Positions 1-9,870 of a stretch of 32,000 nt of DNA are shown one piece after another. The notes beneath the pieces are model-generated. The model was not told the DNA's origin. It made no database searches and was given only the letters and a program-made list of their open reading frames with translations. Each line of letters starts with the position of its first letter. Position 1 is the stretch's first letter. The DNA comes from Halomicronema hongdechloris C2206 (GTDB lineage: Bacteria > Cyanobacteriota > Cyanobacteriia > Phormidesmidales > Phormidesmidaceae): assembly GCF_002075285.3 (NCBI RefSeq), contig NZ_CP021983.2, forward strand, positions 1,980,001 through 2,012,000, read 5' to 3'. The translations under genes were made by a program, and so were the position numbers.

Positions 1-411
1 CTGGGACAGGCTGGGGATTGGTCTTGGGGGGCCCAGGCAATCGGCACCCTACGCATCGGTCGTAACGCCAATGACTATCGCCTGGGGAATCAACTGGCCC
101 TAACCACATGGGGGGCTTACCGCTGGTCAGACTGGTTCAGCACTTCTCTGCGACTGGGAGGACGCACCTGGGGCAATATTGATGGTCAAGATAGCCGCCT
201 GAATCCCAACTTGATTCCCACCGCCAATCCTAGTATCAGGGGGGGCAGCCAATTGGATCTGGGGCTGGGGCTCAATTTCTATGTTCCCGAGGGCGGTTGG
301 TCAGGCACTCGATTAGCCGTGGAATTCAACCTCCCTGTCTATCGCAACCTGTCGGGGCCTCAACTGGAAACCGATTTCAGTGTCATAGCGGGCGTGCAAG
401 CCTCCTTCTGA
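1..411 (+). CDS. outer-membrane beta-barrel protein, C-terminal portion (5' end outside window)
   Basis: Frame 1 is open from base 1 (LGQAGDWSWGAQAIGTLRIGRNANDYRLGNQLALTTWGAYRW...) to TGA 409-411. It shows an alternating beta-strand-like pattern with Gly/Asn/Asp turns, and the terminal ...IAGVQASF aromatic residue is typical of OMP barrels. The exact family cannot be verified here. Confidence 0.5.
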   Translation: MGQAGDWSWGAQAIGTLRIGRNANDYRLGNQLALTTWGAYRWSDWFSTSLRLGGRTWGNIDGQDSRLNPNLIPTANPSIRGGSQLDLGLGLNFYVPEGGWSGTRLAVEFNLPVYRNLSGPQLETDFSVIAGVQASF

Positions 412-431
412 ACCCCCTCTTGGTGTCGGGA

Positions 432-1094
432 TTACAATCCTGCCAGCACCTGCTCTGCGGTAGCGGTCCAACCCACGATCCCCCCCTGGGCCTGTACCAT
501 GGCCAGGGTGGCCTGCTTGAACTCGGGGAAGTAGCTCTCGGTGCCATCTTCCACTAGCAGGCACTCGTAGCCGCGGTCATTGGCCTCTCGCATCGTCGTC
601 TGCACACAGACTTCGGTGGTGACGCCAGTAAAGATTAGATGGGTGATGCCGTGGGCCTGCAGCATCTTCTGTAGAGGGGTAGCGTAAAAGGCGCCCTTGC
701 CCGGCTTCTCGATTACCAGTTCTCCTGGTTTCGGAGTCAGCTCTGGGATGATGCTGTTGCCGGGTTCCCCTAAGACTAAAATGCGGCCCATGGGCCCCGG
801 ATCGCCGATTTTCAAGGTGCCTCTGCCCCGCTGGCGTTTTGAGGCAGGGCAGTCTGATAGATCGGCTTGGTGCCCTTCTACGGTTTGGATCACTAGCAAG
901 TTGCGATCGCAAAAGGCCTGTCGCAACCGCTGCACCGTCGGCACAATGGCTTGCAGGCGAGAGACATCATTGCCCAGGGCTTCACCAAAGCCCCCGGGGT
1001 CTAGAAAATCTCGCTGCATATCGATGATGATCAGCGCCACCCCTCCATCCGTGGGTAAGTCGTAATCGTAAGGCTGGGCAACAATGGTGGGCAT
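432..1094 (-). CDS. isochorismatase-family cysteine hydrolase
   Basis: Contains [11 protein letters not shown], an FYATPLQ...L...[23 protein letters not shown] catalytic-Cys region, and [13 protein letters not shown] place the start at the ATG giving [14 protein letters not shown] (1094) rather than the upstream alternative start at 1142. Confidence 0.8.
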   Translation of the reverse strand: MPTIVAQPYDYDLPTDGGVALIIIDMQRDFLDPGGFGEALGNDVSRLQAIVPTVQRLRQAFCDRNLLVIQTVEGHQADLSDCPASKRQRGRGTLKIGDPGPMGRILVLGEPGNSIIPELTPKPGELVIEKPGKGAFYATPLQKMLQAHGITHLIFTGVTTEVCVQTTMREANDRGYECLLVEDGTESYFPEFKQATLAMVQAQGGIVGWTATAEQVLAGL

Positions 1095-1247
1095 AGGGCT
1101 ACCAAACGCCGTAAAGCTATATTGCTCTCTGCTCCAGAGCAAAATCAGTTATGCGCCAGATAGCGTCCTGGGTTAAGGCTACTATGTGGCCAATGCTATG
1201 GTCGCACAGCCATGGCCCCGACGAGATAGCAGAGTGAACAATTAGAC

Positions 1248-2678
1248 CTAGCTGATGCGCCGGAGAAAATTGAATACCTTAGTCAAAATACCCTGCAAGG
1301 TGGTGTTTTTGGCGTAGGTCTGCTTCGTCAGCTGCAGTGCCGCCTTGCTGTTTACCTCGGCCAAGGTGGGATAGACATGGATGATGCTCTTCAGGGCTCC
1401 CACCTTAAGCTTGTAGCTCATGGCCATGACCACTTCATGAATCAATTCCCCGGCAGCAGGCCCGACGATATGGGCCCCTAGAATCTCACCGTTGCGGCGA
1501 GTCAGAACCTTGGCAAAGCCAATGCCAGCAGCTTCCGCCAAGGCCCGGTCCACTCCAGAGAAGTCTTGTTGCAGCACATAGATATCGTCGCCATAGCGCT
1601 GGCGGGCCTGGGCCTCGCTGAGCCCCACCCGGGCCAATTCTGGATCGGTAAAGGTGGCCCAAGGAATGACGCGGTAATCGGCTTTCTTCAGGGGCAAGAG
1701 TAGGGCATTTTGCAGAGCCACGGCGGCTTCGTAGCCAGCTACATGGGTAAACTGATAGCCGCCGATGACATCGCCAGCAGCATAGATGCGAGGATTGGTC
1801 GTCTGCAATTTGCCGTTAACGGTAATGCCCCGCTTGCCAACGGCCACCTCGGCAGCCTGCAGATTTAAGGACTCGACATTGGGCACTTGCCCCGTGGATA
1901 GCAGAATTTCATCCACCACGATGGTCTGGCCGCCGACCCAGATGTGCTTCTTACCATCCTTCACCTCCACTCGTTGAGCCCGGCTCTGAGTCAAAATACG
2001 AACCCCATCCGCCTCCATCTGCCGTTGCACCACAGCAGCGGCGTCTGGATCTTCCTTGGGCAGAATCTGGGCCCGACTGGCAATCAGGGTGACTTCACTA
2101 CCTAGACGGGCGAAGGCTTGACCCAACTCGCAACCGATGGGACCGGCCCCAATCACAGCCAGGGAGCGGGGCTGGTCTTGAATGTAAAAGACGGTCTCGT
2201 TGGTGAGATAGCCGGCCTCGGTGAGCCCGTCGATGGGTGGCAAAGACGGATGGGAGCCCGTGGCAATCAGAAAGGCGCGAGCCTGCAGCTGACGACCATT
2301 GACTGTGAAGGTACGGCGGTCGCTGAACTGGCCAGTGCCGTAAATCACCTCTACCCCGAGGGACTGAAAACGCTCGGTGGAATCATGTTCCTGAATAATA
2401 TCGATGACGCGATGCACATGACCTAGAGCTTCCTGGAAGCGAATGTCTTGCAGTTGGACCTCAATGCCAAATTGAGCACTTTGGCGGATCTGATGCGCCA
2501 CTCGAGAGGCATGAATCAGAGACTTACTGGGGACGCAGCCGTAGTGCAAACAGTCGCCACCAAGGCGACCCGCCTTTTCCACCAGGGCCACTCTTGCCTT
2601 CAGCTGCGCCCCGGCGCTAGCGGCTACTAATCCGGCGGAACCGCCGCCGATTACTACTAGGTCATAGTCAACTGCCAC
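1248..2678 (-). CDS. class I pyridine nucleotide-disulfide oxidoreductase (dihydrolipoyl dehydrogenase / mercuric-reductase-like family)
   Basis: N-terminal FAD fold DLVVIGGGSAGLVAA, redox-active GGDCLHYGCVPSK (CxxxxC), a second dinucleotide fold AVIGAGPIGCELGQ, and a C-terminal dimerisation region with HVYPTLAE. There is no C-terminal Cys-Cys pair, so I do not call it a true MerA. Confidence 0.85.
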   Translation of the reverse strand: MAVDYDLVVIGGGSAGLVAASAGAQLKARVALVEKAGRLGGDCLHYGCVPSKSLIHASRVAHQIRQSAQFGIEVQLQDIRFQEALGHVHRVIDIIQEHDSTERFQSLGVEVIYGTGQFSDRRTFTVNGRQLQARAFLIATGSHPSLPPIDGLTEAGYLTNETVFYIQDQPRSLAVIGAGPIGCELGQAFARLGSEVTLIASRAQILPKEDPDAAAVVQRQMEADGVRILTQSRAQRVEVKDGKKHIWVGGQTIVVDEILLSTGQVPNVESLNLQAAEVAVGKRGITVNGKLQTTNPRIYAAGDVIGGYQFTHVAGYEAAVALQNALLLPLKKADYRVIPWATFTDPELARVGLSEAQARQRYGDDIYVLQQDFSGVDRALAEAAGIGFAKVLTRRNGEILGAHIVGPAAGELIHEVVMAMSYKLKVGALKSIIHVYPTLAEVNSKAALQLTKQTYAKNTTLQGILTKVFNFLRRIS

Positions 2679-2917
2679 GATATCTCCCAGAATTCAACCC
2701 TACGGTCTGAGCATAGGGGGTGAAGCTGAATTCTACCTGAGAGGTGATTTGCAAACTGCTGAGACGGGGGACAGCCCAGGGGTTTCAGAAACACTCCCAA
2801 CATTTTCGTAACAGCGCTGAATAGCCTAACCAAACTGGCCTGGATGGCTGATTTCAGCTCTTCTTGGCAAACGCAGTTGCCAGGTGCACTCGTTCTGCTT
2901 CGAGTCGCGTAGCTTCT

Positions 2918-2923
2918 TATAAT
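2918..2923 (+). promoter_or_regulatory. candidate -10 box TATAAT upstream of the Tic20-like gene
   Basis: A perfect TATAAT hexamer lies 44 nt upstream of the ATG at 2967. No convincing -35 element was seen. Confidence 0.3.
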
Positions 2924-2966
2924 TAAGGGGTTACCTTACCTCAGAGTTACGGAGGATCTATCCAGC

Positions 2967-3470
2967 ATGACATGGTCAAGTACCGCTTCCTCACGCGAGC
3001 GCATACTGGGCGCTTTACCCTATTTGTTGCCTCTGATGGAGGTGTCCCTATTGGCATTGTCCTACGCGGTTAGATATGGCCTGGGACTATTTGCCCAGTT
3101 CCCACTGCTACAAGTAGTGCTGGTCCCCATATCACCACTGATTCGTATTTACACCAGCTTCCCATTTGCCGGACTGATTATTTTTATCCTGTTGCTGACT
3201 CTGGTGGTGCGTAATACCAATATCAGCCGCTTCATTCGTTTCAACACGATGCAGGCCATTCTTCTAGATATTGTGTTGATCCTGGGGCAGCTAATTCTCA
3301 ATATCGTGCTATTGCCTATTATGGGTCCCAATCTAGTGCTGGATACTCTGCTTAACGTCGTAGTTCTGGGTATCTATGCCGCCGTCATTTACTCCCTGGT
3401 GCAAACTGGGCTGGGGCGCTATGCGGAGATCCCTACCATCTCAGATGCGGTAAATATGCAGGTTCGTTAA
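2967..3470 (+). CDS. Tic20-family membrane protein
   Basis: About four hydrophobic segments. Motifs ERILGALPYLLPL and VVRNTNISRFIRFNTMQAILLDIVL match the conserved Tic20 core (RFxRFNxMQAxxLD). Confidence 0.65.
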   Translation: MTWSSTASSRERILGALPYLLPLMEVSLLALSYAVRYGLGLFAQFPLLQVVLVPISPLIRIYTSFPFAGLIIFILLLTLVVRNTNISRFIRFNTMQAILLDIVLILGQLILNIVLLPIMGPNLVLDTLLNVVVLGIYAAVIYSLVQTGLGRYAEIPTISDAVNMQVR

Positions 3471-3480
3471 GGAGACGGAG

Positions 3481-4305
3481 CTAATGGGGATTGGCAACGC
3501 TCTTAGAGCCATCGGTAGAAACTTGAGCTGTACCGCGACGGGTAACTGAGTTCTCTAAGGAGCCAATGCCTTCGATTTCGATCCGGACCTGATCTCCGAT
3601 GTGCAGAGGCCCAACCCCGGCTGGAGTGCCGGTTAGGATGACATCTCCAGGGAGTAGGGTCATGATCTGGCTGATATAGGCAACCAGCTGCTCCGGGGAA
3701 AAGATCATGTTATCGATGGAGGCTGATTGTACCGGGTCTTTTCGGTCGTTGAGGAAGGTTTGTAGGCGAGCTCCTGGACTTAGCTCCCGTACAATCCAGG
3801 GACCCAGGGGGCAAAAGGAGTCGAATCCCTTAGCCCGAGTCCACTGACCATCTCGCTTTTGTAAGTCTCGAGCAGTGACATCATTGGCAATGGTATATCC
3901 CCAAATCTTGGCTTGAGCCTGCTCAATTGGGCAATCTACGCAGCGCTCGCTGATTACGATGGCTAATTCTCCCTCGTAATCCACCCGTTGAGATTGGGGT
4001 GGATAGAAGATAGAGGCGCCGCTAGCAATCACTGCGGTGGACGGCTTGATGAACAAGAGGGGCTCCTGGGGAGGGGGAGAACCCATCTCAGCAGCATGCT
4101 GGGCGTAGTTTTTGCCGATGGCTAGAATTTTGGAAGGGGCGCAAGGCGCAAGAATAGTGTAGCTATCAGCAGGTAACTCTACATCTGTTAGTTGCCCCTT
4201 GAGCCAAGGTGGGGCGTCCAATACCCTAACACTGCGGTCTGGCTGTAGGAGACCATAGTGGAGTTGCCCTGCCTGAGATTGAATTCGAACGTAGCGCTGC
4301 GCCAT
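3481..4305 (-). CDS. fumarylacetoacetate hydrolase (FAH) family protein
   Basis: Contains KILAIGKNYAQHA, VDYEGELAIVI, YTIANDVTARDLQ, TRAKGFDSF and LLPGDVILTGTPAGVG, which are typical FAH / 2-keto-4-pentenoate hydratase fold motifs. Confidence 0.85.
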   Translation of the reverse strand: MAQRYVRIQSQAGQLHYGLLQPDRSVRVLDAPPWLKGQLTDVELPADSYTILAPCAPSKILAIGKNYAQHAAEMGSPPPQEPLLFIKPSTAVIASGASIFYPPQSQRVDYEGELAIVISERCVDCPIEQAQAKIWGYTIANDVTARDLQKRDGQWTRAKGFDSFCPLGPWIVRELSPGARLQTFLNDRKDPVQSASIDNMIFSPEQLVAYISQIMTLLPGDVILTGTPAGVGPLHIGDQVRIEIEGIGSLENSVTRRGTAQVSTDGSKSVANPH

Positions 4306-4472
4306 AGATCTTGTTAAATCTTGGTATGATTGTAAATCCTTGCTTTTCTTCTAGGGCTGTGATGGCACTCCCTCGTTAGTCTCTATGTGTGAGTATTACA
4401 TCCCCTGAGACAACTTTCGCCATCATGGAATCCTGACGCTAGAAAGGCCATTTTGTCCATAGGGAGTAAGTT

Positions 4473-4805
4473 ATGTCTGATTACATGTACGAAACGATGT
4501 ACATTCTGCGACCTGATCTGAGCGATGAAACCATTGATCAGGCCATTACCAAGTATCAGTCGTTGTTGCAGGAACAGGGAGCTGACATCATCGAAACTCA
4601 ACACCGGGGCAAACGTCGGTTGGCCTATGAGATTGATCGGCACCGAGAAGGTATCTATATCCAGATGAATTACACCGGCCCTGGTCATGCGATCGCATCC
4701 TTAGAGCGAGCTATGCGCTACAGCGATGAGGTCATTCGCTATCTCACCGTCAAACAAGACATGCCCAGCCAGGAAGACGAGAGCGTCGCAACCGCCACCC
4801 CATAG
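4473..4805 (+). CDS. rpsF: 30S ribosomal protein S6
   Basis: [14 protein letters not shown]...[11 protein letters not shown]...EGIYIQMNY...RYLTVK is a classic bS6 signature, followed by an acidic C-terminal tail. Confidence 0.9.
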   Translation: MSDYMYETMYILRPDLSDETIDQAITKYQSLLQEQGADIIETQHRGKRRLAYEIDRHREGIYIQMNYTGPGHAIASLERAMRYSDEVIRYLTVKQDMPSQEDESVATATP

Positions 4806-5212
4806 TCTCCTTGTCCAGGTCAACTTCAGGGCCGAGGTGTTATTCAGGAAAACGTCCCGAGGAAACTTAACATCCACCTCTGACGTTGGCCTCAGTGTAG
4901 CCCTAGGGCCCTAGCGGCAACGGGGGCAACGATGGGTACACCTACCTTACTCTCATCCCATCACTGTCTCTGAGGCCAGTTTTACCTAGCTTTTCCCACC
5001 CGTTATCCAGACTCTATCACTGCAAATTTTTTAGAAACAGTGCCATCTGCTGCAGTAGGTGCTAAATTAGCAGCAAATCTGGGCAGGAGGTCCGTTGATC
5101 CCCATCTTGGGCATTATTTCCCGAGAGAGGTGTCATACCCATTGGCCGAATAGAAAGCGCCCTTTAGGAGCAATTAGCGGGTGCGACCCCCTAGCCCAGC
5201 AGTGATGTCATT

Positions 5213-5770
5213 TTGTGGAGTAGCTCCGTGGCTCAGTCAGTCAGTCTTCCCCTGTCCGACAATCAAGCCGAAATCGCTCGCCTGCAAGATGAGCTGCAGC
5301 TGCGAGATCAGTTAGTACAGCAACTGTCCCAAGAGCTGTTTCGCTTAGTTAAAGGCAATGCCGACATTGTCCCCACCACTGTTCCTTCAGAGCGCCATCA
5401 GGCAGAGGTTAAAGCCCTGCGAGAGCAGCTGCGTGGTGTAGAGCAGCAGGTTAGCTTTTACCAAAGTCAGCTAGATGACCGTGAGGTTGAGGTTCTACAA
5501 CTCAGACAGACCGTTCAAGAACTGACTGATCGGACTCGCATGTTAGAGCAAGTCGTCCAAGAACTGCCCAAAGTGTATCGAGAAAAGTTCTCCGGACGTC
5601 TGAATACCGTGCGCCAGAAAGTCGTCCAGTTGCAGCAAGAAAATCGCCATCTGCAAGCAGAACTTCAGAGTGTTAGTTATCGCTTGGCTGTGCGCTCTCG
5701 TCGGAGTCAGCGGCTTGACTTACCCAGCTTTTCCGCCCCAGTGATGGAACCACTGTCCTCATTTAGCTAA
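5213..5770 (+). CDS. coiled-coil protein, function unknown
   Basis: Long heptad-like Q/E/L/R-rich sequence (AEIARLQDELQLRDQLVQQLSQELFRL...LQQENRHLQAELQ). The start is uncertain: TTG at 5213 or GTG at 5228. Confidence 0.5.
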   Translation: MWSSSVAQSVSLPLSDNQAEIARLQDELQLRDQLVQQLSQELFRLVKGNADIVPTTVPSERHQAEVKALREQLRGVEQQVSFYQSQLDDREVEVLQLRQTVQELTDRTRMLEQVVQELPKVYREKFSGRLNTVRQKVVQLQQENRHLQAELQSVSYRLAVRSRRSQRLDLPSFSAPVMEPLSSFS

Positions 5771-6837
5771 TCGGCATCTGCTGGGCTGATGGGGTCAGCT
5801 CTTCCCATGTAAACTAGGGCCTGATGCAGCATGGCAGCCACTTCGGCCCGAGTCGCAGCCGCTTGGGGGCGCAAGCGGTTGAGCTGCTCCGCATCTGCCA
5901 CCAACCCCGATCGAATCGCAGCTACCAAGGATGGAATCGCCCAAGCAGGCACCTGATTGCGGTCTTGATAGGGTTGAAGTAGTACATCTGTATTAGCCTC
6001 AGCCTCTAAATCGAGGCCACTGGCCACAGCTACGATCAGCTGGGCCCGCGAGACAGGCTGATTTGGACGGAATGTTCGGCCAGGGTAGCCGCGTAAGAAT
6101 CCAGCTTGAACGGCCCGCTGGATGCTGGCCTGGCCCCAGTGAGTTTCTGGAACATCCTGAAATGTAATGGATGTGGAAGACTGTAGGGGCAACTCAGAAA
6201 ACACTTGGGCAATTTGAGCCGCGAATTCCGCTCGAGTAATGGGAGCATCAGGGCGGAAGCTGCCATCGGGAAAGCCCTGTAGCCATCGCTGCGCACTTAG
6301 GCTATCGATAGCAGGCTTAGCCCAATGGTCTGAAGGCAGATCAGAAAAGGCAATAGGCTCCAGAGATTGACTAGTTGCATCAGACGATAGGGTAGATTGT
6401 GGCAAGGCTGGAGAAGGAACCCTTAATGACCTGGTCTCTAGGTTGGTTAGCGGTGGAGAAATCGGCTCGAAGCTCTCCTGGAACAAGCTGGAGGATTGGT
6501 TAACCCGTTGCTCCGATACCTCATCATCTCCTACGGGATTGGACGCCGCCGCATCCTGCTGCGACGAGGGCATCATCTGTCTGTCGGCGGGGGGGGATGT
6601 TGCTAGCTGATTAGAGGTGACGGTGCTTGGTAGACGCCTTGAGGTAGGATCATCCAGTCTCTGTTGAGTCGTTGGTTCGGGTAAGGCTAAGTTAGGACCA
6701 GGCCAAGAGAGTTTCTGGTCTCGATGGGTAAGGGCCCAGGTTAAAATTGAGCCTATGGCTGCGACTGCGACTGCAGCGGCAACGAATTCATCACCGCCAA
6801 AGGGCGATCTAGGAGGCTGAGATAGGGGCGAAGACAC
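5767..6837 (-). CDS. SLH-domain protein with N-terminal membrane anchor and low-complexity linker
   Basis: Three SLH-like repeats (FSDLPSDHWAKPAIDSL...GFPDGSFRPDAPITRAEFA; FQDVPETHWGQASIQRAV..GYPGRTFRPNQPVSRAQL; a third around VPAWAIPSLVAA). N-terminal hydrophobic helix. GTG start. Confidence 0.7.
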   Translation of the reverse strand: MSSPLSQPPRSPFGGDEFVAAAVAVAAIGSILTWALTHRDQKLSWPGPNLALPEPTTQQRLDDPTSRRLPSTVTSNQLATSPPADRQMMPSSQQDAAASNPVGDDEVSEQRVNQSSSLFQESFEPISPPLTNLETRSLRVPSPALPQSTLSSDATSQSLEPIAFSDLPSDHWAKPAIDSLSAQRWLQGFPDGSFRPDAPITRAEFAAQIAQVFSELPLQSSTSITFQDVPETHWGQASIQRAVQAGFLRGYPGRTFRPNQPVSRAQLIVAVASGLDLEAEANTDVLLQPYQDRNQVPAWAIPSLVAAIRSGLVADAEQLNRLRPQAAATRAEVAAMLHQALVYMGRADPISPADAD

Positions 6838-6952
6838 GGACTTTAATCTCGATACAAACTGCTTTGCTCACAACATTTTGACAAATTCATCTCCCGTTAA
6901 ACTATCTGAGAACTGTTTTGAACTGTAAAGTGGGTCTGTTCTAGCGAGATCG

Positions 6953-7687
6953 ATGAAGCGAATCCATGGTTTAGCGATGGGAGCTGCATTGGCAGCCCTG
7001 ATTTTAGTGGTTGAGACGCTTGGGAACCAGCGGCAAGCCAACCAAGAACCGTCTCCTGCACTACCCTCGAATCGTGCTTCTGGAGACTCCGCAGCGACAG
7101 ATTCTGACCGCACATGGGCCTATCCGGCGCTGAGTCTACTGCAAGGGGTGACTGCTCCCCTGGTCTATCTGCAGACCATTCAGCAAGCCATGGCCATCTC
7201 TGACCAGCCTGCATCCCAGACTGGAGCCAACTTAGCGACGTCCGAGGTGACGACAACAGGTCTAGGCCCGATTCAAATTGGCATGACCCTTGATCAAGTC
7301 AAGCAGCAAGGCATTGAACTGGTCCCAATGGATGGGATTGAGACCAAGGATTGTCAGTACTATACGCCAAAGCAACAGGTTCAAGGGGTAGGGGTAATGG
7401 TGGTGAATGACCGCATCATCCGCATTGATGTGTGGCCTGGCAGTCCCCTTGAAACCCTCAGCGGAGCCAAGATTGGGTCCACCGAAGCCGATTTGAAAGC
7501 CCTGTACCAAGACCAACTGCAGATTGATCCTCATCCCTTGACTCAGGGACACTATGTCTCTTTCGTGCCAACCGATGAGGCAGAATCTATCTTTCGTTTG
7601 GTCTTCGAAACCGATGCCGCCGGCACGGTAGTGCAGTATCGGGCTGGACAGTTTCCGGCAGTGACTTGGGCTGAAGGATGTCTATAA
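6953..7687 (+). CDS. secreted or periplasmic protein, function unknown
   Basis: N-terminal signal-like MKRIHGLAMGAALAALILVV. Intact 244-codon ORF in a coding-dense context. No recognisable catalytic motif. Confidence 0.5.
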   Translation: MKRIHGLAMGAALAALILVVETLGNQRQANQEPSPALPSNRASGDSAATDSDRTWAYPALSLLQGVTAPLVYLQTIQQAMAISDQPASQTGANLATSEVTTTGLGPIQIGMTLDQVKQQGIELVPMDGIETKDCQYYTPKQQVQGVGVMVVNDRIIRIDVWPGSPLETLSGAKIGSTEADLKALYQDQLQIDPHPLTQGHYVSFVPTDEAESIFRLVFETDAAGTVVQYRAGQFPAVTWAEGCL

Positions 7688-7728
7688 GACAGTGCGATAA
7701 GACAGTGCGATAAGACAGTGCGATAGAC
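7685..7728 (+). repeat. tandem 13-nt repeat TAAGACAGTGCGA x3.4
   Basis: Three perfect 13-mers at 7685-7697, 7698-7710 and 7711-7723, plus a partial TAGAC. The first unit contains the TAA stop of the upstream gene. Confidence 0.9.
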
Positions 7729-7759
7729 TCTGAGAAACGGACGCAAACGTTTCTTAGCC

Positions 7760-9829
7760 ATGTCCAATCGCCTTGCCCAGTGTCAGAGTCTCTATCTACG
7801 TAAGCATGCTGACAACCCCATCGATTGGTGGCCTTGGTGTGATGACGCCTTAGCAGCTGCCCGTCAGGAGAATAAACCGATTTTTCTGTCCATTGGCTAC
7901 TCTAGCTGCCATTGGTGCACGGTGATGGAGGGAGAGGCGTTTTCTGATGAGGCGGTTGCCAGTTATATGAATGCCTACTTCCTACCCATCAAGGTCGACC
8001 GGGAAGAGCGTCCTGACCTCGATAGCATCTATATGCAGGCCCTACAGATGATCACTGGGCAGGGAGGATGGCCACTAAATGTGTTTCTGGCCCCAAATGA
8101 TTTGATTCCCTTCTATGGAGGCACCTATTTCCCCTTAGAGGCCCGCTATGGGCGACCAGCCTTCTTGCAGGTGTTGCAGGCCCTGCGTCAGTTCTATGAT
8201 ACGGAGGGGGCTAAGGTGGCGGCAGTGAAGTCAGAAATCATTAACAACCTGCAGCAGGCCGCCCAACTGCCGACTGGCCATCAGTTATCGCCGGAGTTAC
8301 TAGCTCGAGGGTTGGCCACTAGTGCCCGTATCCTAGCGCCAGCCATGCAGGGGACCTGCTTTCCGATGATCCCCTACGCTAACGCGGCGCTGCGAGGGCA
8401 ACGGCTTACGGAGGATGAGGGGGAGAAGGAACGACACCTCTGCCGTCAGCGGGGTCTCGACCTGGCCATGGGGGGAATCTACGACCATGTTGGGGGTGGC
8501 TTCCACCGCTATACGGTGGATCCGACCTGGACGGTTCCCCATTTCGAGAAGATGCTCTACGACAATGGTCAAATTATGGAGTATCTGGCGAATCTTTCTA
8601 GCCTAGAGGGGGAAATGCCGGTACTGCAGCGGGCTGTGGCCGGGACAGTGGGGTGGTTGAGGCGAGAAATGACGGATCTAGCGGGGTATTTTTATGCCGC
8701 CCAGGATGCCGATAGTTTCTTGACCCCGGCAGCGGCGGAACCGGAGGAGGGAGCATTTTATGTCTGGCGCTATGAAGAGTTGCAGCAATCCCTGAGTCAA
8801 TCAGAGTTTCAGGCCCTGGCGGAAGAATTTTACCTCCGAGAAGACGGCAACTTTGACGGTCAGATCGTGTTGCAACGGCAACAGGCTGGTCCCCTAGGGG
8901 AGGCAGCTGAGGCGGCCCTCAGCCAACTGTTTGCTCAACGCTACGGAGGATCGCCTGAGCAGGTTTCTAGTTGTCCGCCGGCCACGGATAACCCCATGGC
9001 CAAGGGCCAATCCTGGCCGGGACGAATTCCGCCGGTCACGGATACCAAGATGATTGTGGCCTGGAATAGCCTCATGATCTCGGGGTTGGCTAGAGCTGCC
9101 GCGGTGTTTGCCCAGCCTGACTATCTACAGTTGGCCAGCAAGGCAGCCGGTTTTATCAGCCAGCGACAACGACAGCAGGGGCGCTTCTATCGCTTGAACT
9201 ACGGTGGAGAGGCAACGGTGCTAGCCCAGGCTGAAGACTATGCCTTGGCTATTAAGGCGCTGTTGGATTTACAGCAGGCTGAGCTAGCCTTTCCAGACAC
9301 CCTTAAGTCCTACAACTGGTTGGCTGAGGCTAGGAGTCTACAGGCTGAATTTGACCAATGCCTATGGAGTCCAGAGACGGGGGGCTATTACAACACACCG
9401 CCGCAGACGGCTGCTCAGCTCCTGGTGCGGGAGCGCAGCTACCAGGACAATGCCGTGCCTTCGGCCAATGGCATTGCGATCGCAAATCTGGTGCGGTTAT
9501 TTCTACTCACGGAAGACCTGCAATATCTCGATCGGGCCGAGCAGGGGCTCAAGGCCTTCAGTCAAATCATGGCGCAACTGCCCCAAGCTTGCCCCAGCCT
9601 CTTTATCGCCCTAGACTGGTTCTCCCATCCCACCCTGGTGCGTACCACTGCCGACGGCATCCCTGCCCTCTTGCGGCAATACTGCCCTACGGCAGTATTT
9701 AGGGTCGAGGACGACTTGCCAAACGGGGCAGTAGGGCTAGTCTGCGCCGGCTTATCTTGTCAGGAACCGGCTCAGAATTGGCAACATTTACAGCAGCAAC
9801 TGCAGCAACAAATGGGCGCTCCAGCCTGA
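7760..9829 (+). CDS. thioredoxin-domain protein of the DUF255 / YyaL (N-acylglucosamine-2-epimerase-like) family
   Basis: N-terminal HADNPIDWWPWCDDALAAARQENKPIFLSIGYSSCHWCTVMEGEAF and KVDREERPDLD. Central GGFHRYTVDPTWTVPHFEKMLYDN. C-terminal (alpha/alpha)6-like region. Confidence 0.85.
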   Translation: MSNRLAQCQSLYLRKHADNPIDWWPWCDDALAAARQENKPIFLSIGYSSCHWCTVMEGEAFSDEAVASYMNAYFLPIKVDREERPDLDSIYMQALQMITGQGGWPLNVFLAPNDLIPFYGGTYFPLEARYGRPAFLQVLQALRQFYDTEGAKVAAVKSEIINNLQQAAQLPTGHQLSPELLARGLATSARILAPAMQGTCFPMIPYANAALRGQRLTEDEGEKERHLCRQRGLDLAMGGIYDHVGGGFHRYTVDPTWTVPHFEKMLYDNGQIMEYLANLSSLEGEMPVLQRAVAGTVGWLRREMTDLAGYFYAAQDADSFLTPAAAEPEEGAFYVWRYEELQQSLSQSEFQALAEEFYLREDGNFDGQIVLQRQQAGPLGEAAEAALSQLFAQRYGGSPEQVSSCPPATDNPMAKGQSWPGRIPPVTDTKMIVAWNSLMISGLARAAAVFAQPDYLQLASKAAGFISQRQRQQGRFYRLNYGGEATVLAQAEDYALAIKALLDLQQAELAFPDTLKSYNWLAEARSLQAEFDQCLWSPETGGYYNTPPQTAAQLLVRERSYQDNAVPSANGIAIANLVRLFLLTEDLQYLDRAEQGLKAFSQIMAQLPQACPSLFIALDWFSHPTLVRTTADGIPALLRQYCPTAVFRVEDDLPNGAVGLVCAGLSCQEPAQNWQHLQQQLQQQMGAPA

Positions 9830-9870
9830 CCACTATCGAGGGTTAAGGGGCGAGGATTAAGGGGCCAGGG

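Noticed and set aside
577-912. Antisense or out-of-frame ORFs overlapping well-supported genes (577-912, 697-1065, 4383-4688, 11603-12256 opposite psbA, 24319-24930, 25892-26488, 28834-29445, 30242-30559 and similar).
   Set aside because: They lie entirely within genes that have strong family signatures. They show Arg/Pro/Gly-rich composition typical of wrong-frame translation of GC-rich coding DNA and have no recognisable motifs.
1248-2678. Calling the flavoprotein disulfide reductase a mercuric reductase (merA).
   Set aside because: There is no C-terminal Cys-Cys pair, no N-terminal metal-binding domain and no mer operon context. Only the generic class I family can be supported.
4806-5212. 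The 400-nt intergenic region downstream of rpsF as a structured ncRNA.
   Set aside because: I found only an 8-bp long-range complement (4888-4895 with 4970-4977), no terminator and no recognisable RNA-family motif. The evidence is insufficient.
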